From a virus, in IMG/VR virus record IMGVR_UViG_3300029813_000075, positions 9,554 through 73,553 of that record: a stretch of DNA of 64,000 nucleotides. One strand, written 5' to 3'. Under the pieces are notes generated by a model. The model was not told the origin of the DNA and made no database searches. It saw only the letters and a list, made by a program, of their open reading frames with translations. Below, one piece after another: positions 43,639 to 53,243 of the stretch. The position numbers and the translations under genes were made by a program. Position 1 is the first letter of the stretch. Each line of letters opens with the position of its first letter.

Positions 43639-44715
43639 ATGGCACAAGCACTAACTAATCGTGTTGAATATGGTAGTGGCCTGGTCAAATTTGACGAGGA
43701 TGGCTACACCAACATATACAGCATCGATGAGATGATCAAGACCAAAGTTGACGTCTCAGAACTACGTAAGCAGGCTATGTTCAAGCAGTCCTGGAAGCTG
43801 CAAGAAGTTGACGACATTCTCACACGAGATGTTGCTCGAATCTTGATTCCAGAGATACTGAATGAGCAGATCCAGACCAAGGTGGAAGAAGCTCGTATCT
43901 GGCGAGGTCTAGTAGACGTTATTCGCGTCAAAGGGCCGACATTCTCTTGGCTCATAGAGGAAGGATTTGAAGCAAGTCAAGTTCCTGAAGGTGCCGAAAT
44001 CCCAATTCAGCACGCAACGTGGAAGAAGGAGCACGCTTCAATAATCAAGAATGCAGTTCGCTGTGTGATCACTCGTGAAATGATCGAGGATTCTGCATGG
44101 GACATCATAGGCCGACACGTCAATCAAGGCGGTCTTGCTATGGCAAGGCTAGAAGATTGGATGATCGGTAGCGCACTAAACGATGGTGTTCCAAATGGTC
44201 TAGCAATCTCCGCTGGAGTAGGCGGTGTTGGCAGCAAAATCGAGAGCCATAGGTTCAAGATGGGCGCTGACACTACTGGTAATCCATTGACTTGGCGTGC
44301 TATTGCAAAAGCTCTTACAATTCTGAGGGTTGAGAACTATACACCCAACGTGATGGTAATTCACCCATACCAGATGTACGACCTTCTGACAATGGAAGAG
44401 TTCATTGGCTTCAATGAGAGAGCATATCTGACCCTACCAACGCAGTTGACCTCTGCTATGACCACTGGAACCATTGGTTCAATTGGTGGCATGCGTGTTG
44501 TAGTCTCTGCTAATCAGCCTGCTGGACAGGTGTTGATATTCAACAGTGGAGTCTATGGTGTGCTTGCAGAACGCAGACCTGTGAGCCTTGATCGCTATGA
44601 CGACTACATTCGCCAGATGGAAGGACTAGCTCTGAGCCAAAGACTCATTGCTGTTGCGATCAGACGAGATGCCGCTGTGATGCTCACCGCTGGAAAGACC
44701 ACTCTAGTGACCTAA
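43639..44715 (+). CDS. Major capsid protein, HK97 fold
   Basis: LIPEIL, VPEGAEIP, TREMIEDS..DI, VMVIHP, IGGMRVVVS; 358 aa. Confidence 0.93.
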   Translation: MAQALTNRVEYGSGLVKFDEDGYTNIYSIDEMIKTKVDVSELRKQAMFKQSWKLQEVDDILTRDVARILIPEILNEQIQTKVEEARIWRGLVDVIRVKGPTFSWLIEEGFEASQVPEGAEIPIQHATWKKEHASIIKNAVRCVITREMIEDSAWDIIGRHVNQGGLAMARLEDWMIGSALNDGVPNGLAISAGVGGVGSKIESHRFKMGADTTGNPLTWRAIAKALTILRVENYTPNVMVIHPYQMYDLLTMEEFIGFNERAYLTLPTQLTSAMTTGTIGSIGGMRVVVSANQPAGQVLIFNSGVYGVLAERRPVSLDRYDDYIRQMEGLALSQRLIAVAIRRDAAVMLTAGKTTLVT

Positions 44716-44746
44716 GCACAGACTTCAGCCGTCTAACACAACCTCA

Positions 44747-44787
44747 GGGGAGAGTCAAGTCATGACTTTCCCCGCCCAATTCTTTTT
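44747..44787 (+). terminator. Terminator after MCP
   Basis: 11-bp stem GGGGAGAGTCA/TGACTTTCCCC (one G-U) followed by TTCTTTTT. Confidence 0.7.
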
Positions 44788-44821
44788 ATGTTGCTTACTC
44801 TATTGAAGGAGTGGTGATCGT

Positions 44822-45559
44822 TTGGCTCTTGTTAACACGACTGCTGAGATAACTCGAGTTCGATTAATGCTTGGTGATGCTGCCGAAATGAAGGCAATAA
44901 CCATAGTGAATGAACTACGAATCTCCGAGACTGTAAATTTGGTGAACACAAGATATGGTCAGATTAAAAGTGTAAGTGGAGTTTGGGCAGCAACTGATCC
45001 TACTCATGCAGGCACAAATTATTACAATGGGGGAGAAGGAGGCTCTTTTAGCACCTATACAACAGAGATTACATTAGGTACTTCGTTACCTGGTGATAAT
45101 ACTAATGTCTTGCTTAATTACACATATTTCAAAGGGCTTTCTGACGCTGTGACTGATCAACATGTAACGAATGCAAAAACGTTTGTTGAAGTACAGACGA
45201 ATGAGTCTTTTGATTGGCTTAATGTTGGCAGTGAAAGAAGAGCCAATCTTGCAATAGCGGCCATGACGTATAGGGCGGCTGTTGGTGCATTGATCTACCA
45301 GTTTGCACCTGATATATTGCAAAAGGGATATAATTGGAAGCTTGCTGAGTTCTCAGTAGAGTCAAAGACTTGGGCAGGATCTATGGGAATCAGAGATCTT
45401 ATGGACACCATGAACAAGGAAGTTGACATATACTTGGCATTGTTAGGTGTCTATCAACCATTTGACATTCCTGCAACGGGAGATTGGCGTGATGCGTATC
45501 GTACTTCTGGCCGAGACTTTCATGGCTATAAGATGGATCCCGATGGTGATGTTTACTAA
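44822..45559 (+). CDS. Head-tail adaptor with inserted beta domain
   Basis: EITRVRLMLGD start typical of adaptors; position after MCP; TTG start with GGTGA. Confidence 0.7.
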   Translation: MALVNTTAEITRVRLMLGDAAEMKAITIVNELRISETVNLVNTRYGQIKSVSGVWAATDPTHAGTNYYNGGEGGSFSTYTTEITLGTSLPGDNTNVLLNYTYFKGLSDAVTDQHVTNAKTFVEVQTNESFDWLNVGSERRANLAIAAMTYRAAVGALIYQFAPDILQKGYNWKLAEFSVESKTWAGSMGIRDLMDTMNKEVDIYLALLGVYQPFDIPATGDWRDAYRTSGRDFHGYKMDPDGDVY

Positions 45560-46101
45560 TGTCGTTTAGCTCTCCACTTGCATTCATGGAAATGGCATCA
45601 GACGGGCATCCTATGGTAGATCGCGCTCAGTTTGATGAGGTCATAAGTAAGTATGGATGGAATGTAATCAGACGAAGAAAGGGGAGTACAAAAGATTGTC
45701 CTTGCTACGATGAGATTACGAAGATTGCAGACCCAAACTGTAAGGCATGTGAGGGAACCGGAAACATATCAGGATACCAGGATGAGGTAGTCAGAACAAT
45801 CATGTTGTTTGATGTGCCGAATGGATATTGGTCACTTGGGGATGTTCACACAATTGCAGGAGACTTTGAGAGGATAAAATGTGCTGGGTTCTTTTCTGGA
45901 GTTACTGACATTCAGATTGGTGACATAATTATGTTCACGGCAAGTCCAGCATATTCTACGGACATAGACTATGAAGAGTTCACCATTTACAATCTGGAAC
46001 CGAGAATGGTGGGGGATTCGGGGGGCTTGTGGATTAACATATTTACGAGAGCAGATATGAGAAAGCCTACTTATCCGTTTTCAGGGGCGTTTGAACCATG
46101 A
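45559..46101 (+). CDS. Head-closure/neck protein with zinc motif
   Basis: CPC...PNCKACEGTG; IQIGDII. Confidence 0.65.
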   Translation: MSFSSPLAFMEMASDGHPMVDRAQFDEVISKYGWNVIRRRKGSTKDCPCYDEITKIADPNCKACEGTGNISGYQDEVVRTIMLFDVPNGYWSLGDVHTIAGDFERIKCAGFFSGVTDIQIGDIIMFTASPAYSTDIDYEEFTIYNLEPRMVGDSGGLWINIFTRADMRKPTYPFSGAFEP

Positions 46102-49100
46102 GTAATGACAGGTTTGGAGTAGGGGGGCAAGGAGGTCAGTTGGGAGACTCTTATGACTCTCTTTATCTTGACATGCTAGTTGACGTTAAGATTGGCACTC
46201 CAACCAACCAGTATGTGCTCACTTACAACAGCACAACTGAGAAATGGGAACCACAACCTGCAGGAGCTGGGGCTGACACCAAGACCTATGTGTTTGAGAA
46301 CGGTGTCCAAGTGGGAACCGTTTCCAGGTATGTCAACTTCGATGGTACTGATTTCAATGTCACTGAAAATGCTGGTAGCGATTGGTTTCTAATCGAACTT
46401 GCAGGCGGAGTGGTTGCTCACGACCTCACAGGATCTAGTCATACAGAAGACGCAACAGGTGGCGTGGGGAACGTTCTCAGAGCATCTGGGGCAACTGCAT
46501 TTGCTTGGGCACAGTTAGGACATGGAGATCTTGATTCAGTCACTTCTGATCAACATCACGCCCAACAGCATACCCTTAGTGGTGCTGACCACACTGGAGA
46601 CCTTGCTTATACTCAGATTGATGCCATAGTTGACATAGCCGGAGTAGGTGCTAACAACCTGCTTTCAAGAGCAGACCATGTTCACACAGACCTTGATGGT
46701 TCGTCAAAGGTCACGTACACCAATCTCTCAAGTATTCCATCTACATTTGCGCCAACGGCTCACATCTTGTCAGGCGCGGATCATACTGCTTCGGGACTCA
46801 CAATCGGGCACGCAATCATGGCTGACTCTGCTACTAGCTTTAGTTGGCAAGCCCCTAGTTATTACACGTCATTTACAACAGACTTTGCAGCAGAGAGTCT
46901 TGCTAATCTAACAACCAGAAATCATGGAAGTCTTTCGGATGCGCCAGCAGATGCACACCATTCAGAAACACACACTTTGGCTACTTCTGGTGTTCACACT
47001 GATACTCTGCCTTTTACCGATTTAGAGGTGGGTACTCAGGGATCCATCATCAGACGTGGAGCAGCAGATTGGGAAGAACTGACCAAAGGCACTACTAATT
47101 ACGCATTGGTTGCTGGTGCTACTGATGTTGCTTGGGCACAGTATGATTATACTTGGCTAGCCAATATTCCATCAACGTTCTCTCCCTCGAGTCATGGATC
47201 TTCAGCACACACTGGAAACGTTTTCCCTGCGGCTAGTCAGAACCTTGGTACTCAGTATATGGACATAGGTGCAATTGCAGCACCAACTGACCCAGGGGCA
47301 AATGTGAGAAGGATTTTCCTAGATTCTGGAACTGGAAAGGTGTCTGTAAGAACTAATGCCAGCACAACTGTTTCACTGGAAGAACAAGGCGGAACCGATG
47401 CTGATGCAATCCACGACAATGTAGCTGATGAAATCAATCAGATCGCAGACAAGGCATCTCCTGTTGGTGCAGACGTTCTAATCATTGAAGACTCTGCTGG
47501 GGCAGGATGGGCAAAGAAGAAGGTGTCTATCACCAATCTTCCAGGTGGTGCAGACGCAGACGCTATTCATGACAATGTTGCAGATGAGATTCATCAAATA
47601 GCATTGAAAGGAGCACCAGTTAGTGCTGATGAAATAGTGATTGAAGATTCTGTAAATAGCTGGAATAAGAAACGAGTCACAATTAGCAGCCTTCCGGCAG
47701 GATCCCCATCATTTGGATTACCTGTTTCAATTGACATTGGTGATGCACAGGCTGAAGGGACATCAGGTGATTCTGCTAGGGCAGACCATCAGCACGCTTT
47801 TGTAGCTCCAGGGGCAGGATATCCACTTGATGTTGGTGATACTGAATCTGACGGTACTGCTACTACTCCCGCTAGGTCTGACCACATACATGCTCATGGA
47901 TCTCGGACAAATGCCAATGCTCACAGGTGGAATGATCTTGCAGCCGTGCCCAATACCACTACAACCACAATTGGTAAAGCAACACCTACCGCAGTGGTGC
48001 TTGGAGTTGGTCACAATGGAACGGCAGTCTATTGTAATACATTCTACATAGCAGACCATGCCCACACTTCAACGGCTGGTACAGGGAATCAGGTTGATTA
48101 TACTGATCTTGCCAATATCCCAAGCACATTCACTCCAGAAGCTCACGTTCTAGGTACTTCAGGGCCACACAGCGGCACTTTACCATTGGCTGATTTGGCT
48201 GTTGGATCTCAAGGATCGATTATTAGACGTGGGGGCACAGATTGGGAAGAGTACACTAAGGGCACTCTTAATTATGCTCTTGTCTGTACTTCTACAGATG
48301 CAGTTTGGGCACAATATGATTATTCATGGTTGGCTAATATTCCATCGACATTTGCACCTACATCTCATGGGGCATCAGATCACACTGGTGATGTGCTTCC
48401 GGCGGCCAATCAAGATCTTGGTGCCTATTATCTGGACATAGATGATATTGGGGTTCCTGCTAATCCAGGTGCAACTATACGAAGGCTCTTTGTCAACACT
48501 GCTGATGGTAAGCTTTCAGTAAGAACTAATGGTGGTGTTACTGTCAGCCTCGAAGAACAGGGAGGTGGTGTCACTTGGGGCACACCTACTGGTAACATTG
48601 ACATAGGTGATGGTGCGGTTGAAGGTACATCTGGTGATGCTACCAGAGCAGACCACCAACATGCATTCACTGCACCTACTGCGGGATATCCACTCGACAC
48701 TGCTAATGCAGAAGCCGATGGTTCAGCAACAACACCAGCACGTTCTGATCATGTGCATAGACTAGGCGCACACATTCACACTGCAACAGCAGGAGAGGGC
48801 GGAATCTTGACATGGGCAAACGTTTTGTCTGCGGCTGCTGCTGGAGACCACGACCATAGTGACAACACAAAAGGAAGCGCAGTTCCAGAAGCAAGCATTA
48901 CATTCAGTGCCACTGGACACGACCATGATGGGACAGGCAGTGAGAATGTAAGCTATGCAAATCTGGACAGTGTGCCATCTACGTTTACGCCATCAGCACA
49001 TCAATTGGACTCTGCTACATTCCACACAGTATCAGGTCTAACAACTGGTCAATATCTCAGAGCTGCATCAGCAACTACCTTTGCGTTTCAAGCACGAACA

Positions 49101-49412
49101 TTCACTGTCTCTGCAACCCTGAAGAGTCCTGAAGCAGGTTACACTACAGTGTGGCGGGCACCAGTTGGATGCACCTGTACTAAACTCGAAGGAAGGCAGA
49201 AAGGCGGCACGTCAACAGTCATAAATTGCAGATACAATGGCACAACTGATGTTGCAACTGCTGATCTCACTCTCACTGCTGCTAATCAATGGTACAGCAC
49301 CACTGGAATCAATCAGACAGCATGGAGTGCAACTGATTGGTTGGAGATTGAGGTTGTGACTGTCGCCAGTGCCACAGAGATCACATTTGTGCTGACATTC
49401 ACGGAGCCGTGA
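46098..49412 (+). CDS. Repetitive His-rich fibre (neck/whisker position)
   Basis: 1104 aa, Ala/Gly/Thr/His-rich, several internal duplications, many HxH motifs. Confidence 0.8.
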   Translation: MSNDRFGVGGQGGQLGDSYDSLYLDMLVDVKIGTPTNQYVLTYNSTTEKWEPQPAGAGADTKTYVFENGVQVGTVSRYVNFDGTDFNVTENAGSDWFLIELAGGVVAHDLTGSSHTEDATGGVGNVLRASGATAFAWAQLGHGDLDSVTSDQHHAQQHTLSGADHTGDLAYTQIDAIVDIAGVGANNLLSRADHVHTDLDGSSKVTYTNLSSIPSTFAPTAHILSGADHTASGLTIGHAIMADSATSFSWQAPSYYTSFTTDFAAESLANLTTRNHGSLSDAPADAHHSETHTLATSGVHTDTLPFTDLEVGTQGSIIRRGAADWEELTKGTTNYALVAGATDVAWAQYDYTWLANIPSTFSPSSHGSSAHTGNVFPAASQNLGTQYMDIGAIAAPTDPGANVRRIFLDSGTGKVSVRTNASTTVSLEEQGGTDADAIHDNVADEINQIADKASPVGADVLIIEDSAGAGWAKKKVSITNLPGGADADAIHDNVADEIHQIALKGAPVSADEIVIEDSVNSWNKKRVTISSLPAGSPSFGLPVSIDIGDAQAEGTSGDSARADHQHAFVAPGAGYPLDVGDTESDGTATTPARSDHIHAHGSRTNANAHRWNDLAAVPNTTTTTIGKATPTAVVLGVGHNGTAVYCNTFYIADHAHTSTAGTGNQVDYTDLANIPSTFTPEAHVLGTSGPHSGTLPLADLAVGSQGSIIRRGGTDWEEYTKGTLNYALVCTSTDAVWAQYDYSWLANIPSTFAPTSHGASDHTGDVLPAANQDLGAYYLDIDDIGVPANPGATIRRLFVNTADGKLSVRTNGGVTVSLEEQGGGVTWGTPTGNIDIGDGAVEGTSGDATRADHQHAFTAPTAGYPLDTANAEADGSATTPARSDHVHRLGAHIHTATAGEGGILTWANVLSAAAAGDHDHSDNTKGSAVPEASITFSATGHDHDGTGSENVSYANLDSVPSTFTPSAHQLDSATFHTVSGLTTGQYLRAASATTFAFQARTFTVSATLKSPEAGYTTVWRAPVGCTCTKLEGRQKGGTSTVINCRYNGTTDVATADLTLTAANQWYSTTGINQTAWSATDWLEIEVVTVASATEITFVLTFTEP
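47030..48566 (+). repeat. About 120-aa direct duplication in the fibre gene (47030-47393 and 48200-48566), plus two shorter duplicated modules
   Basis: G.QGSIIRRG...SLEEQGG twice; DADAIHDNVADEI twice; IDIGD..EGTSGD..RADHQHAF twice. Confidence 0.9.
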
Positions 49413-49416
49413 TAGA

Positions 49417-50367
49417 GTGACCTTTGATTGTCAGCGATGTGGGTGGTGTTGTAAGAACATCAACATCAACATCAGTTATTCGGACATTATAAGATGGGCA
49501 AAGCAGAAACGGTTTGACATACTTGGTGAAATCAGTTACGTTGACAATGAAGATCCCAAGAAGAGAGGGTTCTACATCACCAAGACCATTACAGCCCCTA
49601 AGCAGTCGTGCCTGTATCTGACAACTGAAGATGGACTATCTTCTTGTTCTATCTACGATACAAGACCAAGGGCTTGCATAGAGTTCCCAAGTGCACATGC
49701 AAAGGATGAGAAGCAGAAGATCGAGTGTCCAGCAAGAGGGGATTTCGAGCTTGATGCAAAGACCCTCCTTGAGTTGAAGCGTGAACAGGCTTTTGACTTC
49801 ATGCTTGCTGAGGACAGAAAAGAGAAACTGATTCGTATCCTTGCGATAGCCAAGGATGTTCATGAGGGTCTGGGCATACTGAAAGAGTTCGGTGATGACC
49901 CAACGGAGACGTTGAAAGTCACCACTCTGGGAACTGAGAAGACCGCATGGACAGAGGTTGGAACCCTACATCTACAAGAGCAAGACGAACCAACTCATTA
50001 CATCTGGACTGCCACCAAGAAGGCAGAGCATGGCGACTTCGACTTTGCCAATACTGCTTTCTCAGGCACGACCCTCAACTCTGTCACACTGTACGTCTAT
50101 GCGAGGAACGCGAATGGGAATCAGACTGTCGATTACAACATCTGGAATGGGACAGACTGGACAGAGTACACTCTCGACCCGACCGTAGCATATTCTTGGC
50201 TCAACATCGCTGTTCCCGTTCTTGATACTTGGGCCAAGGTGGATGGTGCAAAGCTCTACGTCACGCAACCGAACAATGCAGCTCGGACAGACATGGATGC
50301 TGCATATCTCCTGTGTGACTATTCTGAGGCAGGGGCCGAACAAGTTATAGTCACAACCATGACATAG
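49417..50367 (+). CDS. YkgJ-family (CxxCxxCC, Fe-S/Zn) domain fused to a virion-like beta domain
   Basis: CQRCGWCC, CLYL, CSIYDTRPRAC.EFP; C-terminal half Thr/Asn/Trp-rich. Confidence 0.8.
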   Translation: MTFDCQRCGWCCKNININISYSDIIRWAKQKRFDILGEISYVDNEDPKKRGFYITKTITAPKQSCLYLTTEDGLSSCSIYDTRPRACIEFPSAHAKDEKQKIECPARGDFELDAKTLLELKREQAFDFMLAEDRKEKLIRILAIAKDVHEGLGILKEFGDDPTETLKVTTLGTEKTAWTEVGTLHLQEQDEPTHYIWTATKKAEHGDFDFANTAFSGTTLNSVTLYVYARNANGNQTVDYNIWNGTDWTEYTLDPTVAYSWLNIAVPVLDTWAKVDGAKLYVTQPNNAARTDMDAAYLLCDYSEAGAEQVIVTTMT

Positions 50368-50793
50368 TTGATTGAGATGGATAATGTATTTGTTATCAAG
50401 ATTAGACATACAATAGATGCATCTGGGGCCGTTCCAAACTCCAAGTGGTGTGACTGTGTAGACTCAATTTTGAAGAATCCTAATCCTAACTGTATGAGTT
50501 GTGGAGGGTCTGGGATTATTAAATATCCTAGTAACTTTTCTTCTGATGAAGAAGAGGCCGAACCTAGACGGCTAACTCAGGCGGATATCCGGTTCGAGAC
50601 TGATTCTCTATGGGATGGTGAAGATGAAAATTTCCCTGTGTCTAATATCATGGCGTACTTCAATAAGGATGAGAGCATAGAGCCAGGTAATCAGATCATG
50701 CATAAGGCAAAGCTCTACTCTGTGATTGCCAGCAGGATTGTAGTTGACGTTAATAATGTTCAAAAGTTAGAATGTGCGCTTGTGAGAGCATAA
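50368..50793 (+). CDS. Second head-closure/neck paralogue
   Basis: CDC...PNCMSCGGSG; IEPGNQI; likely ATG 50377. Confidence 0.65.
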   Translation: MIEMDNVFVIKIRHTIDASGAVPNSKWCDCVDSILKNPNPNCMSCGGSGIIKYPSNFSSDEEEAEPRRLTQADIRFETDSLWDGEDENFPVSNIMAYFNKDESIEPGNQIMHKAKLYSVIASRIVVDVNNVQKLECALVRA

Positions 50794-51566
50794 GAAATCC
50801 ATTTAAGGAACCAAACCGTTATCAACTCGGTGATGATTTGAAGCCTCTCTCAAAGCCATATACTATTACTCTCGAAGCGAGTAAGACAGGCAAAGTGGAT
50901 TCTTCTGATTGGGATCAGGGCACTGTGCCCATTGACTTCCCTGTAGCACAAGTTACTGGTGTGTTCTCAGCAGCAGATGGTTCTGGTTCCAACTATTGGA
51001 CAGGTGACTATGTTGGTGGGACAGCATCGGATAACTGGTTACATCTCAGCGCCGCAGCTCTGACTGCAATCGGTGATGATACCAATGTCTGGATTACATA
51101 TCAGACAGGCAACACATATGATGTACCTGCAGGGGTTCCCCTTGGTCAATTCAATGCCGCTGCACTTGTGACTGTTCCAACAGTTCTCAACTCCATAACG
51201 GCAACCAGCGACAATGCCACTCCTGTCGACTATGAAATCACAGGTTTAACTACTGGTCAGACCTTGGCTGCGGAGATACGATTTGTGCCCCCTCTAAGTG
51301 GTGTTGTAATCACGCAGATTGAAGTGAACACCAATGGTACGAATATTGCCATTGGCATCTATGAAGGCTCTGCTACCACAGGCACTGTGTTGAATCTCAA
51401 GTTCACAAAGACTACCATCAATGGACTCTATAATAGCAGTACTGAATATCCCAACCTCAGAATTGTGATTGAGGATGATGCCTGGCGACTTGGAATTGTT
51501 GACACTGGCGCAAATGCCACTCCTGCAACTACCACAGTCACAGTCAGAGGATATCCTCTCATATGA
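50772..51566 (+). CDS. Virion beta protein sharing a domain with the adaptor
   Basis: VTGVFSAADG.GSNYW.G...GDDTNVWITY. Confidence 0.6.
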   Translation: MCACESIRNPFKEPNRYQLGDDLKPLSKPYTITLEASKTGKVDSSDWDQGTVPIDFPVAQVTGVFSAADGSGSNYWTGDYVGGTASDNWLHLSAAALTAIGDDTNVWITYQTGNTYDVPAGVPLGQFNAAALVTVPTVLNSITATSDNATPVDYEITGLTTGQTLAAEIRFVPPLSGVVITQIEVNTNGTNIAIGIYEGSATTGTVLNLKFTKTTINGLYNSSTEYPNLRIVIEDDAWRLGIVDTGANATPATTTVTVRGYPLI

Positions 51567-52021
51567 TCAGACTCAATGCCAAGTCCGAACTTGACCTCAA
51601 AATGCTCGGCTCGAAACTGAAGGGTCTTGCCAGAAAGGTTGCTGCTAAATCATCTGAAGAACTGGCAAAGACCATCAAGAGCAATCTTAAGTCAGGATAT
51701 GTCCGTGCTCCTAAAGGGGCTACTGAGATATGGCAATGGCTGAGTGACAACTACTGGAGAAGTATAGGTTCTCCATCTTTTGCCGAACACTCTGGAATGG
51801 AGATTACAGGCAATCTGATCAATTCAGTTGGAGTACGCATGATCAATGACACCACTTTTGAAGTAGTAGTTGACAATGAATATGCTGCGAGACTCGAGTA
51901 TGGTGATTTGAACATAAATCTGCCACCTAGACCTTACGCTGAGCCAGCCGCCTTTTTCTTTGAAAAAACAGAAGTGGTAGGAAACCTGGTTGAACAACAT
52001 CTGAAGGATGTGTTTGGATAG
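51563..52021 (+). CDS. Tail completion protein, HK97 gp10-like
   Basis: NEYAARLEYG...PPRPY.EPA. Confidence 0.8.
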   Translation: MIRLNAKSELDLKMLGSKLKGLARKVAAKSSEELAKTIKSNLKSGYVRAPKGATEIWQWLSDNYWRSIGSPSFAEHSGMEITGNLINSVGVRMINDTTFEVVVDNEYAARLEYGDLNINLPPRPYAEPAAFFFEKTEVVGNLVEQHLKDVFG

Positions 52022-52731
52022 TGGGATACCAGTATTCTACCACTGTCGGGTTACAGGCAAGTCCTAAGAGACCTGCTGGTCAGGTAGCAGTCTATGACCA
52101 TATAATACTCAGACTGGAGGATATGGTGCCTTCCATTGTGACCAAGTATGGGAAATCAAACATGCAGGCACTCACTTACAGTCTGGAGTATCCCGAACAA
52201 CTCATGTCTTTACCTCACATCTCAGTCACATTTGTGAGTGAGATAAGTAAGGATGTTGGGCTTGGCATGGTTGCTGGCGGGTCAGCAGCAGGAGAACTCT
52301 CAGGCTTCACAAAGGCCATGACCATCTTTCTTGATATTTGGGCACGCAACTCACAGGAGAGAGATCTGATTGCAGACGCAGTTCTCTATTGTATTCATAC
52401 AAGCAGACCTCACTTTGCTGCAAGAGGAATACGCGATCTCAGGCATCTTGAATCAGCCACCCGTAACTTTGAGCAAGATGACACTACAGTGTACCCGCGT
52501 GTGGGTATGCAGGCTACAAAGGTCTGGCGAAAACTATTAAGTCTGCAAATAGAATACGACCTAGTATTCGTTCCGCCATCAGAAGAAGAATTTGCAATCA
52601 TTGAACAGATTGATCTCACAGTGTCTTATGATGGTGATAGTGTCAGTTATCAGATTGGTCAAGCAACCGATTTACCGCTTGATTCATATCTGTTTGATGG
52701 ACTAGACGACATGGAGGATCTAATATGGTGA
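52021..52731 (+). CDS. Tail terminator-like protein
   Basis: YP....LP.ISV, LDIWARNSQERD.IAD pattern; position before the sheath. Confidence 0.7.
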   Translation: MGYQYSTTVGLQASPKRPAGQVAVYDHIILRLEDMVPSIVTKYGKSNMQALTYSLEYPEQLMSLPHISVTFVSEISKDVGLGMVAGGSAAGELSGFTKAMTIFLDIWARNSQERDLIADAVLYCIHTSRPHFAARGIRDLRHLESATRNFEQDDTTVYPRVGMQATKVWRKLLSLQIEYDLVFVPPSEEEFAIIEQIDLTVSYDGDSVSYQIGQATDLPLDSYLFDGLDDMEDLIW

Positions 52732-53195
52732 ACAAAAGTTTCGATTTTTATAAAGACAATCTGCCTTATGGTCACAGTGTAATCAGACAGGTAAAATGGG
52801 ATTCTGCTGCTCAACCAGCGTTAGATGTAGCTCCTGAGGTTGGATATATCCTCTTTGTTAAGGGAATATCATTTGTCATGTCTCAGGACTTTGCCATTTC
52901 TGCTGGAACGATGAAAATAGGGCATAGTCTGTTTGTTGCTCCACATGAAACTATTGAGATCACTGATGCGGATCAGCTGCTTGCCCAATGTGAGGCAGTT
53001 GGACTGTTTGCCTTCCCATCAGGCGCTAACAAAATTCATGGATCGATATGTTTCAATCCCCCTGAACAATGTGATGCAGACAGCACTGAATCTTTCAAAA
53101 TACTTGAAGATCCTGCCGTTACCATGACAGGGGATATTATTCTCACCGTTCATGGATGGCAAATGACGAAGGCTGAATACAATGAGGTCACATAA
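52725..53195 (+). CDS. Hypothetical virion protein
   Basis: 156 aa between terminator and sheath. Confidence 0.55.
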   Translation: MVNKSFDFYKDNLPYGHSVIRQVKWDSAAQPALDVAPEVGYILFVKGISFVMSQDFAISAGTMKIGHSLFVAPHETIEITDADQLLAQCEAVGLFAFPSGANKIHGSICFNPPEQCDADSTESFKILEDPAVTMTGDIILTVHGWQMTKAEYNEVT

Positions 53196-53243
53196 TACTT
53201 ATCAAGAAGCAGTACACATGTGAAACAGTAGTGGTGAACATTA

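Noticed and set aside
47030-48566. Diversity-generating retroelement template/variable repeat pair
   Set aside because: No reverse transcriptase in the window; both copies are in-frame mid-gene and differ at all base types, not only adenines.
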